Positions 41,690-53,052 of a stretch of DNA of 64,000 nt are shown piece by piece. How positions within the stretch are numbered: the stretch's first letter is position 1; every line of letters begins with the position of its first letter. The stretch comes from an uncultured Planctomycetota bacterium (GTDB lineage: Bacteria; Planctomycetota; Planctomycetia; Gemmatales; Gemmataceae). The stretch is taken from positions 160,001 to 224,000 of the forward strand of contig CAWKHF010000007.1 in assembly GCA_963849325.1 (NCBI GenBank), read 5' to 3'. The notes under the pieces were generated by a model. It had not been told where the DNA came from. It saw only the letters and a list, made by a program, of their open reading frames with translations, and made no database searches. Made by a program: the position numbers and the translations under genes.

Positions 41690-42109
41690 TTATTTGCCGA
41701 GCTTGACGCGGCGGAGGATGAGGTAATACTGCCCGTCGCCGGAATGGAAGGACGTGGGACGTTGCTTGCCGACCGGGCGAAAGCATATTTCGAGATGGTC
41801 GCGTTCCTGCCGGTAGATGCCGTGGATTCTGGTGTCGGGCACGTTACACCAGCCGCGCAGCCGACTATTGCCCTCGTCGATGATTTCGCAGAGGCAGATG
41901 AGTGTTCCCGACCGCGTACATGCCTTCCCCCGAACGCCGAGCAGTAGGTTCCACATTGCGTGTCCGTTGAAGATTTTCACTTCTCCGCCCACGCACCAGA
42001 GTCCCTCCCACTCCCCACGCAGGTCTAGCCCCCGCTCCGTCTCTGCGGAAACCCACTCCGGCCCACTCGCCGTCACCGTCGCCAGGACCATCGCCAGAAC
42101 CGAAGACAT
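41690..42109 (-). CDS. TIGR03067-like planctomycete domain protein
   Basis: DLRGEWEG...IHGIYRQERDHLEICF...RPTSF...LILRRVK. Confidence 0.55.
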   Translation of the reverse strand: MSSVLAMVLATVTASGPEWVSAETERGLDLRGEWEGLWCVGGEVKIFNGHAMWNLLLGVRGKACTRSGTLICLCEIIDEGNSRLRGWCNVPDTRIHGIYRQERDHLEICFRPVGKQRPTSFHSGDGQYYLILRRVKLGK

Positions 42110-42269
42110 TGCATCCGCCCTCCGTGCGTAATTCCCCGATTCGACCCGACACGCCCGGTAGTCTACCCATGCCGCCCGGCAGCACGCCAGCGGATCTGGG
42201 TGCCGAATGCTCCTCCTGCTGACCTCCCCTCCCCGCTTGCTGAGCATTCCATTCCCCTCACGGCCCGCT

Positions 42270-42490
42270 CTCCCTCCCACCGGCTGGGCGAGTTGATTGT
42301 CACCATGCTGCGCGAGAGCACTGGCCCGTTGACGGGACGGCAGCTGCTTGAAGAAGCGCAGCGGCGTGGCTATCAGTCCAAGAGCCACGATCCCCTCAAG
42401 GCGATGGAGAACCGGCTCCAGGTCTTGAAGAGCAAGCGTGTCATTCGCCGCGCCGCGGGCCAGTACGGCTTCCTCGTCCCGAAACGGTGA
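42270..42490 (+). pseudogene. Winged-helix domain fragment
   Basis: LGELIVTMLRESTGPLTGRQLLEEAQRRGY...LQVLKSKRVIRR; runs directly into the WD40 fragment. Confidence 0.4.
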
Positions 42491-43665
42491 GCTTCTCGCC
42501 TTCTCCTTCCGCGATGAAATCCGGCTGTGGGATTTCCGCGCCGAGAAGCTGCTTCGCCGGTTGACCGATCACCACAATTCCTCGTCGCGGGGTGCACACG
42601 GCCTGATGTTCTCGCCGGACGGTAAGCGATTGGCGGCGGTGATGGGCGACAAGGCCGTTCACGTCTGGGATACGGCGAGCGGCCGTCGCCTGCTCGATTA
42701 CCCGGAGACCCATCGGACGGTGCTTGACTCGGTGGCCTACTCTCCCGATGGCGGGCAAGCCGCGACGGGTGACCGGGATGGGATTGTGCGTTTGTGGGAC
42801 GTGGCGACCGCCAAGGAAGTGGGCCGTCTTCATTTCAGTGACGCCCCCACTTCCGGTGTCGAAGCCGTCGCGTTCTCCGCCGATGGACGAACGCTTGCGG
42901 CCGGTGGTTATGTGTTATCGGAACGAAAATCGCCCGGTTTGCTCAAGCTGTGGGACCGCAAGAGCGTCGTAGAATTGTGGTCGCGGAAGGCGGAGAGCCG
43001 GGTGAGCGCGCGTAACTTTCTCCCCCGATGGGCGAACCGTGGCAATGGCCAGCGGCGATCTCCCCAATGAAGGTCGACGGCGCGGCGTCAACCAGAATGC
43101 GATCCGCATCCACGAGCGGGACACGGGCAAAACGTGCGCGGAGCTGACGGGGCTGACAGGCCGCGTTCGCTCTCTGGTTTATTCTCCCGATGGAAAGTCC
43201 CTGCGTTCCTTGGGGGAGGATCGGACCCTGCGTGTCTGGGACTTCTCCTCGAAAAAAATGCAGACGCAACCTCTTGTGGATGGCGAGCGTCGCTTTCTTG
43301 ATTCGATGGCTTTTTCTCCGGATGGCAAGCTGCTGGCAACGAGTGTGATCTTCACCGATACGGTCCAGTTATGGGGCGCGATTGCTGGCACGAAGTTGAG
43401 CACAATCCGGGTGGACAAGAGCATGGGCAGCATCCTCGCTTTCTCACCGGACGGGAGAATACTGGCGACCGGCTCGATTGGCCTCACCAATGTCGATAAG
43501 CCATTCGATTATAACCTTCATCTCTGGGATTTGCTGACGGAGCATGAGATCCGCGCGTGGCATCCCGGCAGTACCACGGTGCATGCCCTGGCATTTTCGC
43601 CGGATGGGCGAGAACTTCTGGCGGGCATGGACAACGGTACGGGTTTGATTTGGAGCGTTACCGTG
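42480..43665 (+). pseudogene. WD40 repeat fragment lacking its N-terminus
   Basis: Repeated FSPDGK.LA...WD units in ORFs 42438..43070 and 43039..43782. Confidence 0.75.
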
Positions 43666-43669
43666 GAAG

Positions 43670-43830
43670 CCCGCAACTCATGGCACTCGGGCGTCTCCAG
43701 CAGCTGCTTCATGCAATCCCACCGCAGCGGATCGGTGCAGCCCTCGTTGAGCTGCGGATCAAACTCGAACGCGGCGCCGTGAAAATCGGCAACGGCCTGG
43801 GCCTGGCGCTCCTCGTCACCCAGGCCGGCG
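43670..43830 (-). pseudogene. Internal fragment, possibly of a VWA (ViaA-like) partner protein
   Basis: AVADFHGAAFEFDPQLNEGCTDPLRWDCMKQLLETPECHELRAST; recognised from memory only. Confidence 0.3.
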
Positions 43831-43834
43831 AGAC

Positions 43835-44251
43835 GTAGTCGCCGACCAGCCGGGCCATGCTCTCCGTCGCCGCCAAGCGCAGAGCTTGACAGATGGCCTC
43901 CCAGCCGGCGTCGGCCGGCAAGCCCAGCGCCTTTCGCGCTTCCTCCAGGCCCATCTTCGCGCTGAACGCCCGCTGCCACTCGGCGGTACTGCCGTGCCCG
44001 GTGCTGGTGTCGTAGGTCTTGTAGCCGTCTAGAAAGCCTTTCTTCATTGCCTGATCCTTCTCGATCTCGAAGGGTTTCTCGCAGCCGGGCAGGCCAAGGC
44101 GTTCCAGGTGCTTACATTGGCATCTTGTCCGCCATGCTGGGCAACTGCACCCCCAGAAGCGCTTGGTCGCATGCTGGCTGACGACGTAGATTCGGTCGCT
44201 CGTCTCTGAGCGGATCTCGGTTCGGTTGATCCAGGTGTTCTCCTTGCTCAG
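43835..44251 (-). pseudogene. SWIM zinc-finger protein, truncated (CTG start; N-terminal part missing from the ORF track)
   Basis: After RBS AAGGAG: LSKENTWINRTEIRSETSDRIYVVSQHATKRFWGCSCPAWRTRCQCKHL, in frame (204 nt) with ORF 43709..44047. Confidence 0.6.
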
Positions 44252-44551
44252 TAGGACTCCTTCTCAAGTAGAATGGCCGTTGTCGAACGAGGGATTTACC
44301 GTGCCGGTCTTGACCGAGTTCGCAGGGCGGCAAGGAGCGTGGACTTGGCTTTGAGAGTCGTCAGCAGAGACCCGAAACAGAACCGGCTCTTCCCTTTGCC
44401 GGTACAGCGAGCAATGTCCCCTGCTACGCCTCCTCCTTGAGGAGCGTGGGTGAGAAGGTGGAAGCCGGCCCAGAAGTGACCGTCCGAGTATTCGATGGGC
44501 GATGTGCAGCGGCCTTCGGCCCCCAACGATGAGCGACAAGAGAGCGCGTCG

Positions 44552-45190
44552 ATGAACGAGCGTCAGTGGCTGGCATGCAACGATCCGGGGAGGATGTTGA
44601 GGGAAATCGGCCACCTGGGCGTGAGCTATCGAAAGTGCCGCCTGTTCTGCTGTGGGTACTGTCGCTGCTTCTTTTGGGATCATCTACCCAATGGCATCAG
44701 GGACGCCATCGAAGTAGCGGAGGCTTACGCGGACGAGGCCGCAAGTAAATACAGGCTGCGGAAAGCCCAGAAAGCCTTCGGTTCCGTGGAGGAACTGACG
44801 AACGCCCAATGGCGGGCAAACCTGGTCGCCCAAGTTGCCGTTTCTCCCGTCAGCCCCTTCGCCTCGGCTTGCCTGCTGCTGGAGAACCGGAACACTCTGC
44901 CTTGGAGGGGCGGCAAGAAGGCTGTCGCCCGACTCATCAGGGAGATCTTCGGTTACCCATTCGGCCCTGCCATCGTCGTCGCGGACCCCGTCCTCACCTG
45001 GAACGACGGCACCATCCAACAACTGGCGCGAGCGATCTATGACAGGCGATCCTTTGACCACTTGCCCGTCCTGGCAGATGCCCTTGAAGAAGCGGGTTGT
45101 ACCAACCAAAGCCTGCTCAACCACTACCGGAGTGGTGAGGAGCATGTGCGCGGTTGCTGGGCGGTAGACGCGATACTTGGAACGGAGTGA
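44552..45190 (+). CDS. Gemmataceae-expanded hypothetical family protein (often labelled SMI1/KNR4)
   Basis: MNERQWLACNDP..ML; RKCRLF; REIFGYPF; LPVLADALEEAGC; HVRGCWAVDAILG. Confidence 0.75.
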   Translation: MNERQWLACNDPGRMLREIGHLGVSYRKCRLFCCGYCRCFFWDHLPNGIRDAIEVAEAYADEAASKYRLRKAQKAFGSVEELTNAQWRANLVAQVAVSPVSPFASACLLLENRNTLPWRGGKKAVARLIREIFGYPFGPAIVVADPVLTWNDGTIQQLARAIYDRRSFDHLPVLADALEEAGCTNQSLLNHYRSGEEHVRGCWAVDAILGTE

Positions 45191-45254
45191 TCCCTCAACT
45201 CCTTCTTGGACCTTCACGGTGGGGCGTCCATGCCCCGGTATCGTTCTCCCTGAA

Positions 45255-45510
45255 ATGGCCTCGATGCTGGCCAGCTTGATCCGCTTGATCTGGCTCTGGA
45301 CGTAGTCCTTCGCCTTGGCCACGCGGCCGTCGCCGCCCTTGAGCGTGTTCAACTTCTTGAAGATCTCCTGGAGCTTGCCGGCGGCACTGGCGGCCTGGGC
45401 CAGTTGCTTGACATCGGTGGCGGCGAGGATCTGCTCCACTTCCAGCAGGAGACTATTCACGCGCATGCCGGTCGGGTTGGCGATGCGAGCGACGATGCCG
45501 ACCACCTTTA
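45255..45510 (-). pseudogene. C-terminal fragment, probably of a MoxR/RavA-type AAA ATPase
   Basis: VARIANPTGMRVNSLLLEVEQIL...KIKLASIEAI-like helical tail; no Walker motifs remain. Confidence 0.35.
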
Positions 45511-45690
45511 CTTCGTGTTGCCGAAGTCGTACTCCTCCAGCGTGATGCCCGCCGCCTCGAAGGCGTTGACGAGCCGCTTGCAGGCCGGACACGGCACCGC
45601 CGTGCTCTCGACACGAAGCAGAAACTGGCGCTGCCGATCCACTTCACGCAGCCGTACCTTGGGTGTCTGGAGGATTGCCCGGTTGGTCAT
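45508..45690 (-). pseudogene. Small CxxC protein, apparently truncated
   Basis: RBS AGGAGA; MTNRAILQTPKV...VPCPACKRLV. Confidence 0.4.
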
Positions 45691-45989
45691 GGGTTCTCCT
45701 TTCTGCTGGAATCAGCAACCCTTGCCGGCGAGGGCCGGGAAGCCAGCCAGAAGATCGGCGAGGGCGTCGGCGGCGCATGCCTGTGTGCCCCGCTCACGCA
45801 CCTGGACGTAACAGGACCAGCAGCCGAGCGGGCGGCCACTCTCCTTATCGTTGGCCGGCTGGTAGCTCACCTAGAGCCGCGTCCGGCCGTTCTCGAAGGC
45901 GAGCAGATCCGTCAGGCGCGACAGCACGGCGTCGATGAATGCACGGCTGCCGGTGATGCGGGTGTTGGCGCTGGCCGTGAAGACGCCGC

Positions 45990-46134
45990 CGGCGGGTAGA
46001 AGGGGTACAGCCGGTTGGCGTGTGGGGGCCAGCGGCGGAACTGGCGGTCGTGCCGCGCGGATGGGCTGGATCGGCCCCCACGCCTCCTGCGGCGGGATGA
46101 CGGCCAGGACGGTATGGTGCGTCTTGCTCGACAT
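45990..46134 (-). pseudogene. N-terminal fragment of a 2'-5' RNA ligase/2H phosphoesterase family gene
   Basis: MSSKTHHTVLAVIPPQEAWGPIQPIR then, in a shifted frame, HDRQFRRWPPHANRLYPF (first 2H His motif). Confidence 0.55.
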
Positions 46135-46405
46135 ACTCGACGGTTCCCAGAACGAATCGCTCCGCAACAGAAACCATGCAGGATTTCTTGCCGCGCTGAG
46201 TCTCGCGCCCACCATCCGTTCCTTCAAGCTCGATGCCGAGGTTGACCAGAAGCTGGAAACCGATCTGTGCTCCGCCACCCGGACACGCTGTCCGACACGA
46301 TGGCCCTGTTGTCGATGCCGTGAAGGTCCAGGGAGGATGGCTGGATCAGAAGGGACTATGACAGGCGATGATCCGAGCGTAGACAGGATCGGCACCAGTC
46401 GAAGG

Positions 46406-47074
46406 CTACGAGACAAGTCGCTGGCAGACCCGGTTCAGAAGTTCGGCCATGCTCTCCTGATACAGTTCGACCTGGAACGATTCGGCAACGCACTCGAACG
46501 TCGTATCGTGGAACCAGAAGACGTAATGGTTCAAGCCACGCCACCGGGTAGGATCGTAGCAGTGGTGGACCTTGTTGATCGCCTCCAGTTCCGCCAGCCA
46601 GCGAGAGTTCACGATCTTCTGGGCGGTGTAACCGTCAAGTCCTCGCCCGCTCAGGGGGTGGCCCTCGAATACTTCGTCGTTCGGCGTTCCCAGCTTGGCC
46701 GAGGCACAGCCAAAGAACTCGACCAGTGCCAAGTGTGCCATCTTCGAGTCGGCTGGATTCCTGACGCGGACGTAGCTGCCGTCCCAATTCGGGTCGCTTT
46801 CTCGGACGTAGAACGTCACGAAGGTCTTGAGATCGTTGCGGAAGAGATGGGGCAAGGGGGCACCAGCATCCCATTTCACCGGGAAATCAAGCGGGACAGC
46901 GTACTCCTCACCTCTCGCCGCGGCGAGTTCACGTTCCAGTTCCAGAACGGCGTAGTAGGCTGACCAGTATTCCTCCCACTCCCCACCGTGATGCTTCGGG
47001 GCCAGGGCTTTGCCTGCTCTGTCAAACCGTTCCACAGCGGCAGCCAGACGTTTTTCGATCGCTTGGATGGCCAA
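46406..47074 (-). CDS. Hypothetical protein
   Basis: Intact 222 aa; WDAGAPLPH...GTPNDEVFEGHPLSGRGL...NSRW...HYVFWFHDTTFECVA. Confidence 0.7.
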   Translation of the reverse strand: MAIQAIEKRLAAAVERFDRAGKALAPKHHGGEWEEYWSAYYAVLELERELAAARGEEYAVPLDFPVKWDAGAPLPHLFRNDLKTFVTFYVRESDPNWDGSYVRVRNPADSKMAHLALVEFFGCASAKLGTPNDEVFEGHPLSGRGLDGYTAQKIVNSRWLAELEAINKVHHCYDPTRWRGLNHYVFWFHDTTFECVAESFQVELYQESMAELLNRVCQRLVS

Positions 47075-47298
47075 TGGTACTCGGTCGATGTCAGTGTCTT
47101 GTTGCTCGGGGCAGCACGTTTCCCGCTGCGTTCATTCTATCGAGCGGGAGTTCAGTCGAATTGCGGGCGATCTCGCCTCGTGCGGACGCACGCCATCTGG
47201 CTCCCAGAAGCCTTTCAGCCGTTCCAATAAAAGCCAGATGGCAGCGAATAACCTGTCAGGCAGGAGAGCGAGGATCACCTTCCACGAAAGGGACCAAC

Positions 47299-47517
47299 AT
47301 GCAAGAGCAGGCTCAACAATACGCCATCGGCTGGGGTACACTTTCCCTCATCAACGCTGGCCTGGCACAGTCGAAGGGGCGAAGCGGTCTGTTGTGGTGG
47401 TTGGCTTCGCTGTTCTTTGGCCCGCTGGCTACTTTCCTCATCGTCGTGCTGCCCGCGGTCGAGCTTCACCCTTCCGTTCGAGACGAAGAGAGGAGATCGC
47501 TGACTTCCGCGAGATAA
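47299..47517 (+). CDS. Small membrane protein
   Basis: RBS AAAGGGA; GWGTLSLINAGLAQSKGRSGLLWWLASLFFGPLATFLIVVL. Confidence 0.65.
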   Translation: MQEQAQQYAIGWGTLSLINAGLAQSKGRSGLLWWLASLFFGPLATFLIVVLPAVELHPSVRDEERRSLTSAR

Positions 47518-47682
47518 CTGAAAAACGACGGACGCAGCACCCGTTTGTTTATGCCTTCTTCTTTGCCAGACTTTCAATCTGCCCGAGGTCCAGCTCGCCC
47601 TTGGCTCCCCACCGCTTTTGCCGGACGGAATCTCGGGGCGGAACGCCTCGTACAGCGAATAGGCTTCCTCAGCAAGCTCCCT

Positions 47683-47724
47683 CCTTCACAGGGTCGCATG
47701 CTCGCCGGTTACACCACAAACACC
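47683..47724 (-). pseudogene. 5' half of tRNA-His(GTG)
   Basis: GGTGTTTG TG GTGT AACCGGCGA GCAT G CGACC CT GTG AA GG, then unrelated sequence; G-1, D-arm and anticodon loop present, T-arm absent. Confidence 0.6.
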
Positions 47725-47740
47725 ATCACTACCGGAGCAG

Positions 47741-47823
47741 TGACCAGGGAGGGACTTGAACCCTCACGCCACGGTGGGCACGGCCTTCTGAGGACGGCGT
47801 GTCTGCCCTTGCACCACCTGGCC
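47741..47823 (-). tRNA. tRNA-Leu(CAG), slightly degenerate, no encoded CCA
   Basis: Acceptor GGCCAGG/CCTGGTC-A; anticodon loop CT-CAG-AA; long variable arm; T-arm GAGGG-TTCAAGT-CCCTC; one C-C mismatch in the anticodon stem. Confidence 0.85.
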
Positions 47824-47877
47824 AGCCCATCGCGCTGCAAGTGCTGCTCGCCGGGCTGGTGACCAGGGCCACTCTCT

Positions 47878-48938
<1,061 letters not shown>

Positions 48939-49827
48939 CGCTTCTCTCCTCGCGTCCGTGTACGTCAGGGCTTCCGCGATCTCTCGGCGTTCGCGGTGTT
49001 CCAGCCAGGCCTTGGCCGCCAGCGTCACCAGGGCCAGCAGCGTCAGCACCGAGGCGACGGCGAACGAGCCGGGCGTGTTGTACTCCTGAAACAGCTTCTC
49101 CACGCGCAGCGGCATGGTGTCGGTGCGGCCGGCGATGTGGCCGGAGACGACGTAGACGGCGCCGAACTCGCCCATGGCGCGGGCGTTGCACAGGATGACG
49201 CCGTACAGCACGCCCCAGCGGATGTTCGGCCAGGTGACGCGCCAGAACATCTGCCAGCCGTTGGCCCCCAGGCTGACGGCGGCCACGTCCTCCTCCGGCC
49301 CGACCGCCTCCATCACCGGGATCAGCTCGCGGGCCACGAACGGCAGCGTCACGAACGCCGTCACCAGGATCAGCCCCGGCGTGGCGAAGAGGATCTTCAC
49401 GCCGTGTTCGCGCAGCCAGGGACCGAAGTAGCCCTGCAGGCCGAACAGCAGCACGAACATCAGCCCGGCCACGACCGGCGACACGGAGAACGGCAGGTCG
49501 ATCAGGGTCAGCAGCAGGGCGCGTCCGGGGAAGCGGAAGCGGGCGATGGCCCAGGCGCCGGCCACGCCGAAGACGAGGTTGGCGAACACCGCCGCCGGCG
49601 CCACCGTCAGCGTCAACAGAATGGCGTGCCGCGTGTTGGCGTCGCCGAACAGGTTGTGCGCAGTACACGGCCACACCCCGGCTGAGAGCCTGGCAGAAGA
49701 CGTTGACGACCGGCACGATCACCAGCACGGTGAGGACCAGGACGGCGGCGAGCGTCAGCCCGACGCGCACCGGCCAGGGATCGCGGTTGAGGGGGCGGCC
49801 CAGCACATTCGTTCGATCACGTTGCAC
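48939..49827 (-). CDS. cysW: Sulfate ABC transporter permease CysW (frameshift near 49660)
   Basis: [40 protein letters not shown]. Confidence 0.92.
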
Positions 49828-50643
49828 GATTCTTGCTCCATCGCTCCAGCAGGTTGATGGCGCCCAGCAGGACGAACGACAGCAGCAGCAGCACGACGGC
49901 CAGCGCCGTCGCCTCGCCGTAGGCGAACTCCTCCAGGCGGGCGACGATCAGCACCGGGGCGATCTCGGTGTGGAACGGCTTGTTGCCCGAGACGAAGACC
50001 ACCGAGCCGTACTCTCCCAGAGCACGCGGCGAAGGCCAGGGCGAAGCCGGTCAGCAGCGGCGGCAACAGCGGCGGCCACAGCACCCGACGAAACGTCTGC
50101 CAGCGGTTGGCCCCCAGCGTGGACGCCGCCTCCTCCAGCTCCGGCTCCAGTCCCTCCAGCACCGGCTGCACGGTCCGCACCACGAACGGGAAGCCGGTGA
50201 AGATCAGCACCAGCACGATGCCCAGCCGCGAGTACGCTCCCTCGATGCCCAGCGGCACGAGATACCGTCCCAGCCAGCCGCTGGGCACGTAGAGGCTGGA
50301 GTACACCAGTCCCGCCACCGCCGTCGGCAGGGCGAACGGCAGATCGACCAGGGCGTCGAAGAGCCGCTTGAGCGGGAAGGCGTAGCGCACCAGCACCCAG
50401 GCGACGAGCAGGCCGAGCACGGCGTTGACCGCCGCCGCCGTCAGCGAGGCGCCGAAGGTCAGGGCGTAGGCCGACCGCGTGCGTTCGTTCCAGACGGCGT
50501 CCCAGAACTGCGCCGGACTCAGCGAGGCCGCCTGGAGAAAACAGGCCCCCAGCGGGATCAGCACGAGCAGGCTGAGATAGACACACCGCGTAGCCCAGGC
50601 TCAGCGAGAACCCCGGCAGTACGCGCCGGCTCACCACAGACAT
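49817..50643 (-). CDS. cysT: Sulfate ABC transporter permease CysT/CysU (frameshifts)
   Basis: [44 protein letters not shown]. Confidence 0.92.
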
Positions 50644-50819
50644 GGACCGTCCTCCTCATACCGATGGAGTACGTCGCGCAGCTCGCGCCACAACTCCAAC
50701 TCCACATCGATAAACGGTCCCTTGAGACCGTGCCGCAGGGCCACGCCATACGCGGTTGCCGTCAACTCGGCCAGCAAGTCCTCGGCAACGGACACCGACT
50801 CTCCGTCCGCGGTTGTCAT
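50631..50819 (-). CDS. Small hypothetical protein inside the sulfate operon
   Basis: [60 protein letters not shown]; overlaps the cysT start. Confidence 0.6.
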   Translation of the reverse strand: MTTADGESVSVAEDLLAELTATAYGVALRHGLKGPFIDVELELWRELRDVLHRYEEDGPCLW

Positions 50820-50840
50820 GATTCGCCTCCCTTCCCCCAA

Positions 50841-51865
50841 TTAACGACTCGGTTGGTAGATTGCGTCGAAGACCCCGCCGTTGGCGAAGAACTTCTGCTG
50901 GGCGTCCTCCCAACTCGCGGCGACGGACGGTGACTGGGAACAGCTTCAGCTCCGGCAGCTGCGCCGAGTACTGGCGCCGCACGTCCTCGTTGATCGGCCG
51001 ATAGTGGTGATGCGCCAGGATGTGCTGGGCCTCGTCGGTGTAGAGGAAGCGCAGGTACGCCTCGGCGACGGCCCGCGTGCCTTTGCGATCGACGTTGGCG
51101 TCCACCACGGCCACGAACGGCTCGGCCCGGATGCTCCGCGACGGATAGACGATCTCCAGCTCGCCCGGCGTCTCGGCCACCTCCAGATACGCCTCGTTCT
51201 CCCAGGTGAGGTGGACGTCGCCGATCTTCTTCTGGGCGAAGGTCGTGGTCGAGCCGCGCGCCCCGTTGTCGAGGACCGGCGTGTGCTGATACAGTTGCGT
51301 CACGAAATCGCGGGCCTCCTCCTCCGAACCGCCGCGCTTGCCGCACCGCGCCCCAGGCCGCCAGGAAGCTGAGCCGGCCGTTGCCGGACGTCTTCGGGTT
51401 GGGCGTGACGACCTCGACGCCCGGCTTGACCAGGTCGGGCCAGTCCTGGATGTCCTTGGGATTGCCCTTGCGGACCACGAAGACGATGGTCGAGAAGTAC
51501 GGCAGCGAATGCTCCGGCAGGCGCTCCTCCCAGCCGTCGCGGATCAGCCCTTGCTTGCGCAGCGCGTCGGTGTCGGACCACAGGGCCAGGGTAACCACGT
51601 CGGCTTCCAGGCCGTCGATGACCGCCCGCGCCTGGCTGCCGGAGCTGCCGTGCGACTGCCGGATCAGCACCGCTTGCCCCGTTCGTTGCTCATATTGCGG
51701 AATGAACTTCGCGTTCAGGTCTCGCCACAGCTCGCGCGTCGGATCGTAGGAGACATTCAGCAGCTCAACCTGGTCCGTATCTCTCCTCCCGCAACCCATT
51801 CCGAGGGCGGGAATCGACCCCAGGATGAGTGTTAAAGCCAACGCCAGTCGCGTCTTCCGTCTCAT
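50841..51865 (-). CDS. sbp: Sulfate-binding periplasmic protein (frameshifts)
   Basis: [68 protein letters not shown]. Confidence 0.92.
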
Positions 51866-51938
51866 AAGCGTTCTCCTCGAACGAAAGAGTTCCCGCTCCC
51901 TAACGGTCGCGGCTCGGTCGAATTGGTAACGAAAAACT

Positions 51939-51974
51939 ATGTTTATCATATTAGTCATGTTTATCATGTTAGTG
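51939..51974. promoter_or_regulatory. Four tandem 9-bp AT-rich repeats upstream of sbp
   Basis: ATGTTTATC ATATTAGTC ATGTTTATC ATGTTAGTG. Confidence 0.5.
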
Positions 51975-52238
51975 ATTATCGGTTTTTCTCTGCTAAAGTC
52001 AAGCAGAAAAACAGAGCGAAAAAGCGAAGGCAAGTTCTGATCGAGAATTCGAACTCGCAAGTCCTTCTATGATAAGAGCTAATGGAAAAGACTTGGTGAA
52101 GCACCAAGAGGAAGTGGAATCGAGAATGGCTGCATTGTCGGCAGATCCCGATCCGATTTGAAGGCAGGAGACCATTTTTCCGGCATCACGTCCCGAGGCG
52201 CGATGCCTGGAAAGTCGAAGCACCCCGGAGGCCAGTTG

Positions 52239-53001
52239 ATGCCGCGGACCATCCCCGTCGCCCTGTTCGCCCTGTTGGCGGTGACGTCACTGGGACGCGC
52301 AGGCGGAGATAGCCTGGGCTGCAAGCTGCGCTGCGTGGTGCCGCCGCCGCCGCCGCCCTGCCCCGATTGCTCCACCGGCCCCTGCGATCGCCGATTGGTA
52401 TGCACTCTGTTTCCTCCGTCGCACGCCCGCAACCTCGTCTCGGAGTTGGCGTGTGAGGACTCCTGCAAGCGGGTCGGCGTGGTCCGCAAGCTGGGCTGCC
52501 GCCTGCACGCCGATGTCTGCCGAGAGCACCTATGTGCTGGATGCCTTGCTCCGCGCCTTGCAGTGCGATCCTTGTTGGGAGGTACGGCGGCAGGCCGCCT
52601 GGTCCCTGATGCTCCAGAACGCACGCACGGAACCGACCGTGCTGGCCCTGTATCTGTCGGCCCGGATCGATCCGCACTACATGGTCCGCATCCGCGCCGC
52701 CGAGGCGTTGGACATCCTCACGCTCGGCAAGGAAGAGTGCTACAAGGAGTTGTACAAGGCCGCCGATCCGCTCCTAGTGGTTCTGCGGAGCAAGGGCTAT
52801 CAGCCCGGCCGAGACTGCTGTCTGATCACCGCCGCCACGTCCTGCTCGCCCGGAGGGGGATTATCGGTATCGACAACGCTGCCGGAGACGCCCGAGGAGA
52901 AGCGCGGCGAAGAAGAAACGCCTTCCGAGCCGGAGAAAGTCCCCATCGAGAAACTGCCGCTGCCCAAAAAGCCTGAAAAACTGCCCAAGCCCAAGGAGTG
53001 A
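52239..53001 (+). CDS. Secreted Cys-rich HEAT-repeat protein (frameshift near 52525)
   Basis: Signal peptide; CKLRC, CPDC; HEAT-like DALLRALQCDPCWEVRRQAAWSL and DPHYMVRIRAAEAL. Confidence 0.6.
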
Positions 53002-53052
53002 ACGCCTCGCCGTCCGCCTGACGTTTGACGGCGGCACGCGCGGCTTCCCCGT

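Noticed and set aside
44260-44490. Structured ncRNA or riboswitch upstream of the SWIM gene
   Set aside because: Only short hairpins and no recognisable family; an Rfam/Infernal search would be needed.
26400-47700. Intact prophage or ICE
   Set aside because: No integrase, relaxase, T4SS or virion genes seen, and no att duplication of the tRNA 3' end found at the left side.
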